Of a DNA stretch of 64,000 nt, positions 11,201-23,828 are shown in pieces. This stretch comes from Centroscyllium fabricii (taxonomy: Eukaryota), in contig JBNRSN020000012.1 in NCBI GenBank assembly GCA_051313645.2, positions 166,160,001 to 166,224,000 of the forward strand. Reading direction: 5' to 3'. The notes beneath the pieces are model-generated. The model ran no database searches. It saw nothing but the letters and a program-made list of their open reading frames with translations, and had not been told where the DNA came from. A program made the translations under genes and the position numbers. How positions within the stretch are numbered: position 1 is the stretch's first letter; the number at the start of each line of letters is the position of its first letter.

Positions 11201-13135
11201 CCACTCTCAGTTTTGTCGTCACCTTGTCCTCTCGGAGTACTGCATGGTGAGATAAGTAGCATTCCACGTTGTCTGCACTTGATGCGTTGTCCTTCGGCAC
11301 GTCCTCCGCAATACCCTGTTGTCAGTAGTCCCCCACTACTTAGTTGTATCTGCTGTACAAAGTCACATCCTTCTTCAGTCTTTTCTTCAGACCTTCAAAC
11401 CTCCTCTTGGCGATTCTGTAGTTGTCATGGAGTTCTGCTCTTTCTGGTTTCCATGGCAACTCCACGTGGTATTGTCCATCTTTGAAAGTTGTTGTTCTCT
11501 CGAACATCTGTAGAGCCGCCTCTTCTGGGTTCTGTGTTTTCTCACTTGTGATGCCCAGAGACTTAATCTCCCAGAATGCACACAGTTGCTTGGAGACTAG
11601 CGTGTCCTCATCAAGTGGGATGAGCATGCATGTTGCCTCGGCGACACTTGACATGGACACTGGTCCCTGCACCGACCACCCAAAGGTGCTCTCCAATGCA
11701 ACCTAAGTCTCTGTCAGTCTCTCCACTCTGCCTGATAGTCTGCTCCTATCAGGACAGAGAGTTCAAGATCATCGTCGTCTCCTGGAAAGTCTGCTAGCTG
11801 CAGTCCTGAGCTCGTGATGAATCTGCTCACCAGGAACCTTCATCACTGCTGAACACACCCGTGGGGTTTCTATTGCTTCTATTTCAATTCTCTGCTGGTT
11901 GTCCCAGATATTCTCCAAGATGACTTTCACTGCGTTGCGTCGTGACGTTGCTGGGGCAGAGGAGCCAAACGTGTGATGGGTGAGTGCCTCTTGTATGATT
12001 ACTGGTAGCTTCAGGCTCTTCACGAGGTTTTCATGTACAAAGCTTCTCTGACTGCCTCCATCTAGTAAGCAACGAGCTATCTTCCTGCCGATAGGCCCTC
12101 CACCCATGCGTTTGCAGTTTGTAGCAGCACAGTGTTCTGCCCGTCTGGTTTCATCTTCTGAGTGGGCAATAACTGAGGAGACAACAGCATCTTCAGAAAC
12201 AGTGGGGGTCTGCACCTCACTTCTCTTACCAGTACACACAGCAATGTGATGTCTACTTCCACATGTTGCACAGGACACATCCTTCACTCAACAGAATTTT
12301 GCGATGTGTCTCTGTCCTAAACATACAAAGCATCTTCCCATCCTTCTCAATTTGACCTTGCGTTCCGCATCGTTGTGGTCTGGGCAATGTTCTGATTTAT
12401 GGTCTGCACTGTCAGTTGTGTGTCCTTTGACTGGCTGTGTGCAGTGCGGCAGCAGATGATATGCTGGGTCTTTTTGTTTTCATTTCACTGGATGAGCATG
12501 ACTGTTTCCATGATCTGCTGTCTTTCTGTTGGTTACATGATCTTGTCATTTGTCTCCCTGCCCTGAACTTCCTTCTGTAGGAATGTGACTATCTCCGAAA
12601 CCTTCCATTCATCATCTACTCCCCTCTGATGACTATAGTCAAGAGCTATGTCCTCAGGAATCATCTGTAGTAAGATTGGGCATAGTAGGCTTCCGTAGGT
12701 TTCTGACACTACACCGTGATTCCAAGCTCCTAATCTGAATTTCACATTCATCATATAGCTGCCTCAAGGCATTTACATCAGAGGATTTCTTCACAGGAGT
12801 TAAATTCAGCAGCTTTGACATGTGAACACTGATCACAAGATCCTTCCTTCCAAATCTACTTTTAAGTAGAGTGATTGCATCATCATAATTATCGTCTGTT
12901 AACATCAGTCCTGCTACTGCCTTTGCAGCTGGCCCGGTGAGAGAGGTTTTCAGATAGGTAAACTTCTCTCTATTGCACAGTGCATCATTGTTGTGAATAA
13001 CAGTCTCAAACTGGCTCCAATCCTCCTGCCACATACTGACTTCTCCATTGTATTTGTCAATGATCAGTTTTGGTAGCTTTACTGATTGTCTCTGTGATCT
13101 GCCTGAGCTGGCTTCACTCACCCCCTCTGGTGGTG
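8267..13135 (-). pseudogene. BEL/Pao gag-pol, frameshifted (gag, zinc knuckles, protease, RT, Pao RNase H region, integrase, C-terminal domain)
   Basis: Motifs VKLPKL, LLDGGSQRSF, KLRVVFD, LHVFCDASERAY, SKSRVAPLK..TLPRLEL, WKLGRIEELFPGRDG. Confidence 0.92.
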
Positions 13136-13267
13136 GACGGTGATGTATTGGTATAGTCTGCACTCCCCTTAAGGGCTGTGGCAGTTGGAATGTTCCATCC
13201 CAAGGCATGCTGGGTAACCCCAGCATCTTAATGGCTGCTGCTGAATAAACCAGTCGACGTCCTGTGA

Positions 13268-15891
13268 AGGCCCTGTCACACCTTGACGTTTTAGCCAGCG
13301 TATGCAAATTTGGCGAAAACGTTGGTTTACGTCGGATACGTTATGGGTAAGTTTTGTATACGTTAAGAGCACGCTGGCATACGTCGTTGAGTCGAGAAAT
13401 TTTGAGCATGCACAAAATTTCTCTACGTATCCTGCGTATGACTCACACGTTCCGCATATGCTGGCCATAAGTTGTAGGCACGTTAGGCGATCGTTGACGC
13501 ACGTCGACACACGTTACTTGTAAGTTAGTCATAAGTCAAAATACGTCGAGATAATGTCTAGCGTACCCGGAACTTATTTCTAACCTATGAGTAACGTGCT
13601 TTGAACCTATGTGTAACGTATCTCCAACGCATATTGACGTATGTAGACGTATTTGACGTCTTCCGGACGACCACAGAACTTACTGAACGTGTTTCTAACT
13701 TACAGCTCCTGATGAACATCTTAAAAAGCCTTTTTTTCAATTATCCACTTTTCAATATACATGTACATTATATTATTATACCTTTTTCAAAGTGTATGAA
13801 TTTATTATTGTTAATTATTGTTTATGATTTAAATATTAAAACAATAACATCAACAAACATCAAGAGTTTGCTCAACTTTTATTAAATAATTAAACATGAT
13901 AACAATGGTCTAAAAACGTATATACAAACATGGCCAAAACAATCTCAACTTCTCGTAGAAAAATCAAACGTATATACAAAATGGCACAAACATGGACAAA
14001 ACAATCTCAACTTCTCTGAAAAATCAAATGTATATACAAAATGGCACAAACATGGCCAAAACAATGTCACCTTTTATTCAGGTGTCTTCAGCTCCCCAGA
14101 CGGGCTACTTGCAGCATCAGGACCGCTGGACAAGTTGAGCACTCCAAATAAGTCACTGTCAAAGCTGCTTTGGCTCTGGTTCAGTACCTGGCCAGCCGAG
14201 CCTATAGCAGCAGATGAAGAGGCGAGGCTTGGCTGCTGCGTGATCAGAGGAGGAGGATGCTGGAACACATGCTGAGGGGGAGGAGGCATCATCTGCTGGT
14301 ACTGAGGCTGCTGCTGTTGGTACTGTGGCTGCAGTGGCTGATGCATGTACGGTCCACATGTCTGTGAGCCCCAGTCTGACGCAGCCGGTGCCGTGTGTCT
14401 CCACATGTGGGGATGTGGCTGGTACATCTCCGACGCCGTGGGGGTGTAGGTAGCTGGTGCTGAAGTTGATCGCACATAAATGGGGGTTTCTTCTTCATTC
14501 TCCTCATCTATCAGCTCAGTGAGGATGGTGTTGATGCGCGACCTTGCCTTCCGGAAGTTGCGCATCGACATGCTGACCAGGCTGTCACGCACGTAGTTGG
14601 CGACGGCTGAGGTGGCTGTGATGGGCTGAGGCTGTGCGAGACCTTTGAGGAGCTCCCCAGACTCGTGCACCCTCTTCTGGAGTGACTGCAGCTGGTCATC
14701 GTCCTGGCCACGCTTCCCCTTGGGGACAGGGGAGGGTGTGCTGTCGTCAGTCAACACCATCTCTGCACAGGCAGCCTCGCCAGCCTCGAGGTCCCCGCTG
14801 TGTGCTGCAATGGTTTCCTTTACCTGCAATTATGACAATTGATTAGTAAAATACAATGCAAAAATACGAGGCAAAGTACAGTAAAACTAATATAAATAAA
14901 TATTAGTATTGATATTAATATGTGTTTATACTTACACTGTGGACGGGCTCAGCACGATGGCGGACCACAGTCTTGAGGAAGCCGAACTTTGCCTTCACCC
15001 ACTGCTCCCTCTCTGTCAGTTCCGGGGCGCCATCACCGCTCTTCTTGTCGAGACGGGTGTGGGTGTCTCGCAGGGACTTGAACCACCCTTGAAGGTGCTC
15101 GACAGTCTTCCCCATGGCCTTTGCCTGATCCTCCCAGAGCTTTGCCTTCTTGTCCACCCTCCAGTAGTCAGTCTTCTTAATGTCCCAGAGGATGGCGTTC
15201 TCGAAAAGAAAATCGCACATCAGCTGCTCCTCTTCAACAGCAAGACAAAACTGTGTCTTCTTGGCCCTCTTCTTCGCAAGGGTTGGCTGAGAGGAGGTGG
15301 AGGCCACGGACGCAGCTAACAATGCCACCGACGATGCCCGAGAGGCGTTGGAACCAGCATCCTCTCCGTCAGAGGGTGAGCGTGATGGGGAGGGTGTGGG
15401 TGATGATGGATCCTCCATGCGTCCGCGTCCACGAGACTTCTTGGCAGCATTCTTTGGACTTTTCCTAGGCATGATGTTGTAGAGACTTGTCAAGGCAGAT
15501 TGTGATGTAGAACTGGAATCAGTTTGGGTGGGTGGAGCTGCACTTCGATGTCTAGTATGATTTGAATCGTCCAATGACAGCCTTTGAATAGGCTACGCCA
15601 CGTGATCGTCGGCGAAACGCTGCCGCGTGCTATGCATAAGTTAGACTATCGTTGGGCATAAGTTGTGAACGCCGACAACACGCTAAGCATTCGTTGGTAT
15701 AAGTTATCTAAGTTATCGATACGTTCTGTGTACGTTACTAATACGTTATGCATACGTCCAACTCGTTATGAATACGCTATTATACGCCCAAAACTGAAAA
15801 AAACATCGATAGTTCAGCGAACGCCAGCGTTTTAGATAAATTTGCATACGTCGGCATGCGCTGGCTAAAACGTCAAGGTGTGACAGGGCCT
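13268..15891. mobile_element. PIF/Harbinger-type DNA transposon lacking a transposase
   Basis: 33-bp perfect TIR AGGCCCTGTCACACCTTGACGTTTTAGCCAGCG; TGA TSD (13265-13267, 15892-15894) confirmed by the empty site CTGTGAGGCTC in the 3' LTR. Confidence 0.9.
14074..15472 (-). CDS. Two-exon MADF/Myb-like DNA-binding protein (~428 aa) of the Harbinger element
   Basis: Exon 15472-14936 contains the MADF pattern ILWD...KAKLWE...GWFKSLRD; GTAAGT donor at 14935; TTGCAG acceptor at 14824; phase-0 join to exon 14823-14074; no stops. Confidence 0.8.
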
Positions 15892-16590
15892 TGAGGCTCT
15901 GTGTGATCTTTATCCTTAGCCCACGATACAACAAATTGGCTACGAGGTGGATGGGATCCACTATTGATGAGTCAAACAGACTCATTGACGAGTTTTAAAA
16001 TAAATTTTTTATTTTTAAAATAAAAATAGAATAAAAAAAAGAACTCTGCGATTTCGACTGCAGGACGCACTCGATAGCGGGAGTGGACATCGGACGTCCA
16101 ACGTTCCGGAATTGGTGAGGGCGGCTGCAGATCAAAAGCGGAACCGGGACCGGCGGGAGGAACCGCGGTCGACGGGCGCACACAGGAGGCTGAACAGGGG
16201 CTGGAGGACAGCAAGCAGAGGAGGAGGCCTGCCACCACTGGAGGTTGGAGGAGCTGGGAGCACTCCAAACAGCGGGCGTGGCGGTGCCAGAAAAGGGACG
16301 ACAGAGTCGACCACCAGGTACCTCAAAAAGGAGGTAAGAGAAGCCGTTAAAAGAAAAGGGCAAGAAAAGAACGCTAAGCGTTTAAAAGAAAAAGGGCGCG
16401 AACAGAACGCGAAGCCGTTAAAAATAAAAGAACGCGAAGCCGTTTACATTTTTTAAAAAGGGCGCGGAAAGAACGTGAGGAAAACGACAAAGGACACGGA
16501 GACGCCATCTTGTGTTCAGCAAAGACTGAATGTAAGGCTGTGCATTCCTCAATCGCGTGTAAAAGAAACATTTTAAATAAGGGTTGAACA

Positions 16591-19500
16591 ATGGCTGCAG
16601 TCTGCGCAACTATTGGGCCCTATGATGAAGGAACGGAGCAGTGGTCTGGTTATACTGAGCGATTTGACTGTTTCGTCAAAGCAAATGATATCAAGGAAGA
16701 GAGAATATCCTCCACATTTTTGAGCGTGATGGGCCCGAGAACATATAATCTACTGCGCGATTTGCTGCAGCCAGACAAACCGGGGACCCAAACATATAAA
16801 AAAATTGTGGACACACTGGCCAACCATTTCGCACCCAAACCCTTGGTCATCGCGGAACGGTTTCGTTTTCACAGACGCAGCCAAGAAGATGGCAAGGCTG
16901 TTACAAAGTTTGCAGCAGCGTTGCGGAAGCTCGCAGAGCATTGCAATTTTGGGCAATCGCTGAATGATACACTGAGAGACCAGCTCGTATGCGGGTTAAG
17001 CAATGAGGCCGCTCAGAAGAAATTATTAACAGAGAAGGATTTAACATGGGAGCAAGCCCTAAATATTGCGGTGAGCATGGAAATGGCTTCGAAGGAAGCT
17101 CAGCAGCTGCAGGCGACGACAAGTCGTGTATATAAGGTTGGCGGTAATAAGCCAAGTGGCCAAGGGCCGAGCAGTCAAGGTCAGTGCTTCCGTTGTGGGC
17201 AAAAGGGACACCTGGCACATTCTTGTTGGTGCAGGGATTTGGAATGCCGCAGCTGCGGGAAAAAGAGCCACATAGAACGGGCATGTCGCAGTAAGAAAAG
17301 CACGGGCACCCCATCGAAGTACGGGGCTAGGACGAAGAAATACGTTCATGCAATGGAGCAAGAGAACAAATCAAGTGACTCCTCAGGGGAGGAACTGCTG
17401 GTAAACACCCTTAGAATACGGAACATAGATGAGGGTTCGGATGGTTACTGGGTCTCACCCAAGCTAGAGGGACACGCAGTTAGAATGCAGATTGATACCG
17501 GGTCACGGGCCTCAATTATTTCGACCAAGGTCTTTAACAAATCCTTGAGGCACCTAAAGCTGCAACCCTCTGATACGGTTTTCAAAACATTTACGGGGCA
17601 ATCGGTACCCATGAAGGGGATGACTGATGCCATAGTTCAGTATGGCGGCAGAACCGAAAAACTTCCACTATACGTTACGCAAGGGAACTACCCTGCCATT
17701 ATGGGGCGCACGTGGCTGAAAAAGATAAAGCTGGACTGGCAGGCAATACACATGGTATCAAAGCACTCCACAGAGCTGCAGGCCATTTTGGAGAAACACA
17801 GCGAGATTTTCCGAGATGAGCTGGGAAGCATGAAGGGCATAACAGTCAAATTACATGTTAAGCCAGATAGCAGGCCGGTGTTCATGAAGGCCAGGTCGGT
17901 ACCATACACTATCAAACCGAAAGTAGAAGCTGATTTAGATGCTCTCGTTAAAAATGGAGTGTTGGAGCCGGTCACTGTTAGTGATTGGGCTACACCAATA
18001 GTTCCAGTACCAAAAAAAGATGGAGGCATCCGAACCTGTGGGGATTTCAAGGTAATACTTAACCCAGTGTTATGTGCGGAATAGTACCCACTTCCCCACA
18101 TCGATGATTTGTTTGCTGGACTCAGTGGGGGACAAAAGTTCAGTAAAATAGACCTATGTCAAGCTTATTTATAAATGCATGTCCACAAAGACTCGCGTGA
18201 ATTGCTCACCATTACCACGCGCAAAGGTCTTTTTCGTTATCGTCGGTTGCCTTTCGGTATTACCACAGCTCCAGCATTGTTTCAGCGTGCCATGGATCAA
18301 ATTCTTAGTGGACTGTCCGGGGTCCAGTGTTACCTGGATGATATTCTTTGTACTGGAGTCACTGATGAGCAGCACCTTCGAAATTTGGATGCGATGCTCA
18401 ATCGGCTTAAGCAGTATGGACTCAGAGTTCGTAAAGACAAGTGTGAATTTTTCAAAGCATCGGTAGAGTACTTGGGGCACGTCATTGATGCCGAGGGGTT
18501 GCATACTGCCCCATCTAAAACCGCAGCCATTGTGGATGCGCCACCACCGCAGAACGTCAGTCAATTGCATTCTTTTCTAGATCTGCTTAATTATTATGGT
18601 CGTTTTATGCCAAATCTAGCATCGTTGTTGAAGCCACTCCATGAATTGCTGTGCCAAGACAGAACATGGAAATGGAGTACTGCCTGCCAAGAATCTTTTA
18701 AAAAGGCTCAAGAGCTGCTAGTTCGTTCAGATGTCTTGACTCATTTTGACCCTTCCCTTCCTCTTCAACTGGCCTGTGATGCATCTCCATATGGGGTAGG
18801 TGCAGTTCTTTCGCATGTCCTGTCGAATGGGGATGAAAGACCCATCGCTTTTGCGTCAAGAACACTGAATAAAGCAGAGGCCAACTATGCTCAACTGGAG
18901 CGAGAAGCTTTAAGTATCGTCTTTGGTGTTCGTAAATTTCACCAGTATTTATATGGGTGGAGGTTCACACTTCTTACAGACCACCGGCCTCTCACAACCA
19001 TCCTGGGTCCACACACTGGGATAACGTCTCTTGCTGCAAGTCATCTGCAATGTTGGGCTTTATTATTGTCTGCTCATTCTTATGATATAAAATATCGTAA
19101 GGCAGACTCACACTGCAACGCCGATGGTTTATCTAGATTGCCACTTCCTGTCATTAAACCAGAATTCCATAAGGTGGACAATGCTCCTGTCTCAGCTTCT
19201 CAAGTACGAGGTGCTACGCGCACCGATCCCATCTTATCGGCTGTTTTGGAGATCATTGTAAAGGGCACCATTGGTAACAGGGACAGCAACTTACAGCCTT
19301 ACCTGTCAAGGAAAACGGAATTGTCAGTACAGTCGGGATGTTTGCTATGGGGAAGGAGGGTGGTCATCCCACCATCATTACGCAAACCAGTGTTGCAACA
19401 ACTCCACTCGGCACAGCGGAATTGTACGAATGAAGGAAATAGCAAGAAGCTATTTCTGGTGGCCAGGCATGGATGGTCAGATCGAGAGCATCGCAAAGAC

Positions 19501-20500
19501 ATGCTCTTCATGCCAGAAGATTAGAAACCGTCCACAGTTGGCTCCTCTACACCCATGGAGTTTCTCTGAAGAACCATGGCACAGGGTCCATGTTGATTTT
19601 GCAGGACCGTTTGAAGAAAGGATATTTCTTGTCGCTGTTGATGCACACAGCAAATGGCCTGAAGTGACAATCATGCGTTCCACCACGGCAGAAAGGACCA
19701 TTGAGAAGTTGGGGGAAATGTTCAGTCGGTTTGGAGCTCCCGTCCAGCTTGTATCTGACAATGGCCCACAGTTCGTATCGCAGGAGATGACTGCCTTCTT
19801 GCAAGTAAATGGAGTGCAGCATATTAGGTCCGCCCCATATCATCCTGCAACCAATGGCCTCGCTGAAAGGTTTGTGCAAACGATGAAGCACGCCCTGAGA
19901 GCATCCCAAGGCCAAGGAACCTTGCATCAAAGATTGCATAGGTTCTTACTGACCTACCGTAATACGGCCCATGCTACGACCAAAGTATCACCAGCTAGCC
20001 TATTACTCAAAAGAGAGTTGCGGTCCCATTTTGACCTCCTGAAGCCACCATCAGTGAGGGATACTGTGCAATAGCAACAGGAGTCACAAATTATTAGAAG
20101 AGACCAGCATGCGAAGCCCAGAGCCTTCGCACCAGGGGCATCAGTGTTGGTACGAAGTTGTCAGTGGGCCCAACTGGATTCCGGCCACTATCATTGCTCA
20201 GACGGGACCAGTTTCATATACAGTCCAGACGACTACTGGTACTGTCTGGAGACGGCACGTGGACCAACTGTTACACACGGTTCAGCCCTCAGGGCTACCT
20301 TACGAGAATCGCCCAGAAATTCAATGTGATGCTCCACCTGTCGGCCAGTCCTTGCAGAGCGTGCCCCCAGTGTTGCCTTAGCCTGACCCTGCGGTTCCGG
20401 ACCTGCCCGCCGAGGAAGACGTCCTTCCTCCTGTCGCCTCTCGAGTTTGCTCCGATTCACCATCGCCAACAAGCGAAGGCAATGTTCCGACTGACCGCCG
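16591..20500 (+). pseudogene. Gypsy gag-pol with in-frame stops and frameshifts
   Basis: Two CCHC knuckles, protease IDTGS, RT LPFG/YLDD, RNase H CDAS, integrase VDFAGP/SDNGPQF/GLAER; stops at 18082 and 18172, frameshift near 19410. Confidence 0.93.
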
Positions 20501-20930
20501 ATATCCTGCTAGACAGCAGCGGCCCCCTGAATGACTGAGTTATTAGTAGAGGCATACCCAAAACAACTGGGGCAGAATAATCCCCATGGGTATTGCCGGG
20601 GTCTGAGGAAGTCTGGTACCCTCACCCCAGGTGCGGGCAATAATGTATATATGTATAATAATGTTTTGTTAATTGGGTATGTTACTTTTGTTAATTGTAA
20701 ATGTTATTGTTAATTATGGACGTTGATTGTAAGGGGGGAGGAGATGTGATGTATTGGTATAGTCTGCACTCCCCTTAAGGGCTGTGGCAGTTGGAATGTT
20801 CCATCCCAAGGCATGCTGGGTAACCCCAGCATCTTAATGTGTTTGTGTAATGGCTGCTGCTGAATAAATCAGTCGACGTCCTGTGAGGCTCTGTGTGATG
20901 TTTATCCTTAGCCCACGATACAACAGACGG

Positions 20931-21244
20931 AGGTCCTGTTTTCTTTGTATCATGTGCTGCGCACGGCTCTTCAGCATGATGATGCGCTCCTTACATTCCT
21001 CCGTGGTTTCAACCTCTGCCTCCAACCCCTCTAATGGAGTTAGCTGTTCAATTCCACGGTCAAGTTCAAACAAACTGTCCGTCTTTGCTGCCAGCATTTC
21101 TAACAACATACTCAAGTGATCGGTATCAGGATTTTGCCGACCCAACTCCGATTCAATCGGATTCAAAACTCGAGTAGTAGCACCTCGGATTGCACTCCGC
21201 TTTCCTCTAATTCTTTCTGCTTCGGTCCGACGTTCCTCTTCATG
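20931..21244 (-). pseudogene. BEL gag N-terminus
   Basis: MNHEEERRTEAERIRGKRSAIRGATTRVL starts just after the PBS and continues in frame at 13135 once the nested Gypsy is removed. Confidence 0.85.
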
Positions 21245-21645
21245 GTTCATCCTTCTCCCGGGTTTCAGCACCAAAATATGTAGTGAAATCTACTTTCAAA
21301 TAAGGACGCAAGACAGATGTAATAATAAGAAGAATCTTTATCTTTAACCTTGGATCGTTGCGTTACAGCATTCAATAAAGATCGCAGCTCGATTTGGAGG
21401 CAGGAGACACACTGGAGGAGCTCCACACGGTCCGGAGTAAAATCAAATCTAAAATGCCCGCCACCCACGTGATGACGTCATCACGCTGCCGACATCATGA
21501 CGTCATCGCGCTCCCGGCGCTCCTAAAGGGACCCTGCATCTCAATATCAAATATAATACAAAGGAAATGTATTTCTTGCCTGTAAATCACTGCATTCAAT
21601 GCAGTAAATGTAAACATTAACAATGTAACCTATTAAGTTACAACA

Positions 21646-21900
21646 CCATTACGCTGTTCTAAAGTATTAAAGTGCTTCTGTGACAATTCCACCTCCTTGA
21701 GCAGCTTTGTGAGATGTTCGGACAGCGGTGGAATGTCATACCTGAACTGTTACATATTTATATAAATTGGTCATGGAATAGTTTACGGTAAGATGCACCG
21801 TGGAGAGCTCCGTGATGAAACCCCCAGTACTGTTCTAAATCTGGATTACAACTGCAAGTCTTAAAATGCAAGTGAGGGGAAAATCCAGGTACGCTGGCCC
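21646..21900 (-). pseudogene. Upstream part of the env-like ORF (heptad-repeat-like segment)
   Basis: QFRYDIPPLSEHLTKLLKEVELSQKHFNTLEQRN, in frame with 7574-7421; a stop and frameshift lie further upstream. Confidence 0.55.
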
Positions 21901-22964
21901 TGACAATCTGCAGGGATAAAACCGGTGGAACCTACCAGACAACAGCAAGGAACCAGTTGCGCTGGATCTCCACTATTTCTGGGATGTTCCAGCTTGCCTT
22001 GGGCCAGAAATGGGCTGTGTCCTCCCACTTCATTGCGCATGCCAACACCAGGTGCCAATTTTCCCCTCTCCCATCATCAATCTCGAGTCCCAACAGCTCA
22101 GTTTCCCTCTCACCTGAATGTATGCCACCAGCTCTTACACAGCCTATCTCCATCCGAGCCTAGTACCCAGCTCCAACCCATTACATATTAGCTGCCACCT
22201 TGCTGAGCTTAAAGGAATCTGTGAGAGCCTGGAAAACATTGAGAGAGAAGTGAAAATGGCTTGCTCAATCTCGAGGCTTAGTTTAGTGATGAGGAATGAA
22301 CCAGAATTAGCTAACAATATGTAAAATTAACATCTTGCAAATAGTGACCATAACATGCGTCAATTTGATATTAGTTTAGCAAGGGAGAAGCAAGAATCAA
22401 AATGCTAAAATTAAGCAAGTCAAACTTCGAAGGGATGCGAAATACATTGACCGCAGTAAACTGGGCTGAACTGTTAATGGGTAAACCTACAAATAGTGGG
22501 AAGTATTCAAGGAAGTTTTTTGTACAATACTAAACCAGTACATACCCAAAAAGGCAAAAGCTCCACTTGTGCAGTTAAGCAAACATGGTCAACATACCAG
22601 GTAAGAGACAGTATTAAGCTAAACAAAAAGCTTGCACAAAGGGATATGAAGAAAGTTACAAAAAGGGGGTATTAGTTTTGATATTTCTTAATTTTTGTTA
22701 ACCGTCAAAGTTTTTATAAATATATTGAGAAAAAGAGTGGTAAGGGGGAATGTGGGCCCATTAGAGGCAGATACAGGTGATACAATAATGGCTAATAAGG
22801 AAATGACAGACTTGTTAAATTAATACTCTATTCCTTTTCACAGTAAAGGAAGAGGACTAAAAACCAGCGGTACAAGGGAACCTAAAAATAAGCTAAGGGG
22901 AGGAACTTAATATACGTTTATAAAATGGTAATGGAGAAAATAATGGGACTTAAGATTGACAAGT

Positions 22965-23828
22965 CATAGAGTTATACAGCACAGAAAGAGGCCCTTCAGC
23001 CCATCGTGTCCGCACCAGCCATCAAGCCCTGTCTATTCTAATCCCATTTTCCAGCACTTGGTCCATAGCCTTGTATGCTATGGCATTTCAAGTGCTCATC
23101 TAAATGCTTCTTGAATGTTGTGAGGGTTCCTGCCTCTACCACCCTTTCAGGCAGTGAGTTCCAGATTCCAACCACCCTCTGGGTGAAAAAGTTCTTCCTC
23201 AAATCCCCTCTAAACCTCCTGCCCCTTATCTTGAATCTATGCCCCCTGGTTATTGACCCCTCTACCAAGGGAAAACGTTCCTTTCTATCTACCCTATCTA
23301 TGCCCCTCATAATTTTGTACACCTCAATCAGGTCCCCCCTCAGCCTTCTCTGCTCCAAGGAAAACAATCCCAGCCTGTCCAGTCTTTCTTCATAGCTGAA
23401 GTTCTCCAGCCTAGGTAACATCCTGGTGAATCTCCTCTGCACCCTCTCCAAAGCAATCACATCCTTCCTATAGTGCGGCGACCAGAACTAGCATTTTGTA
23501 CAGCTCCATCATAACCTCCCTGCTCTTATATTCTATGCCTCGGCTAATAAAGGCAAGTATCCCATATGCCTTTTAACCACCTTATCTACCTGTCCTTCTG
23601 CCTTCAGGGATCTATGTACATGCACACCAAGGTCGCTCTGATCCTCTGTCTTTCCTAGGGTCTTACCATTCATTGTTTATTCCCTTGCCTTGTTAGTCCT
23701 CCCAAAATGCATCACCTCACACTTTTCAGGGTTAAATTCCATCTGCCACTGTTCTGCCCATCTGACCAACCCATCTATATCGTCCTGTAGCCTGAGGCTT
23801 CCCTTCTCACTATTTACCACCCCACCAA
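22965..23828 (-). mobile_element. 5'-truncated CR1 (HER1-like) LINE
   Basis: ORF 23038-23460 ALERVQRRFTRMLP...FFTQRVVGIWNSLP plus a CTCTATGA-type tail. Confidence 0.88.

Larger units (their letters stand above)
13141..20925 (+). mobile_element. Ty3/Gypsy LTR retrotransposon nested in BEL gag
   Basis: TSD GACGG (13136-13140, 20926-20930); 5' LTR 13141-15933 split by a Harbinger; 3' LTR ~20745-20925; tRNA-Ser-like PBS TGGCTACGAGG at 15937; PPT 20731-20744. Confidence 0.95.
7580..21645 (-). mobile_element. BEL/Pao LTR retrotransposon carrying nested insertions
   Basis: LTRs 7580-8218 (split by a solo LTR) and 21279-21645; PBS TGGTGCTGAAACCCGGGA (tRNA-Phe-like, ~21256-21273); G-run PPT 8221-8243; flanks CTGTT and CCATT. 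Confidence 0.93.

Noticed and set aside
12654-13307. 217-aa ORF as a novel fusion protein
   Set aside because: Reads through Harbinger TIR, Gypsy LTR and BEL gag; an artefact of nesting
16112-16456. Basic upstream ORF in the Gypsy leader
   Set aside because: No ATG start; the K/R richness follows from A-rich short repeats (GAACGCGAAGCCGTT); no recognisable domain
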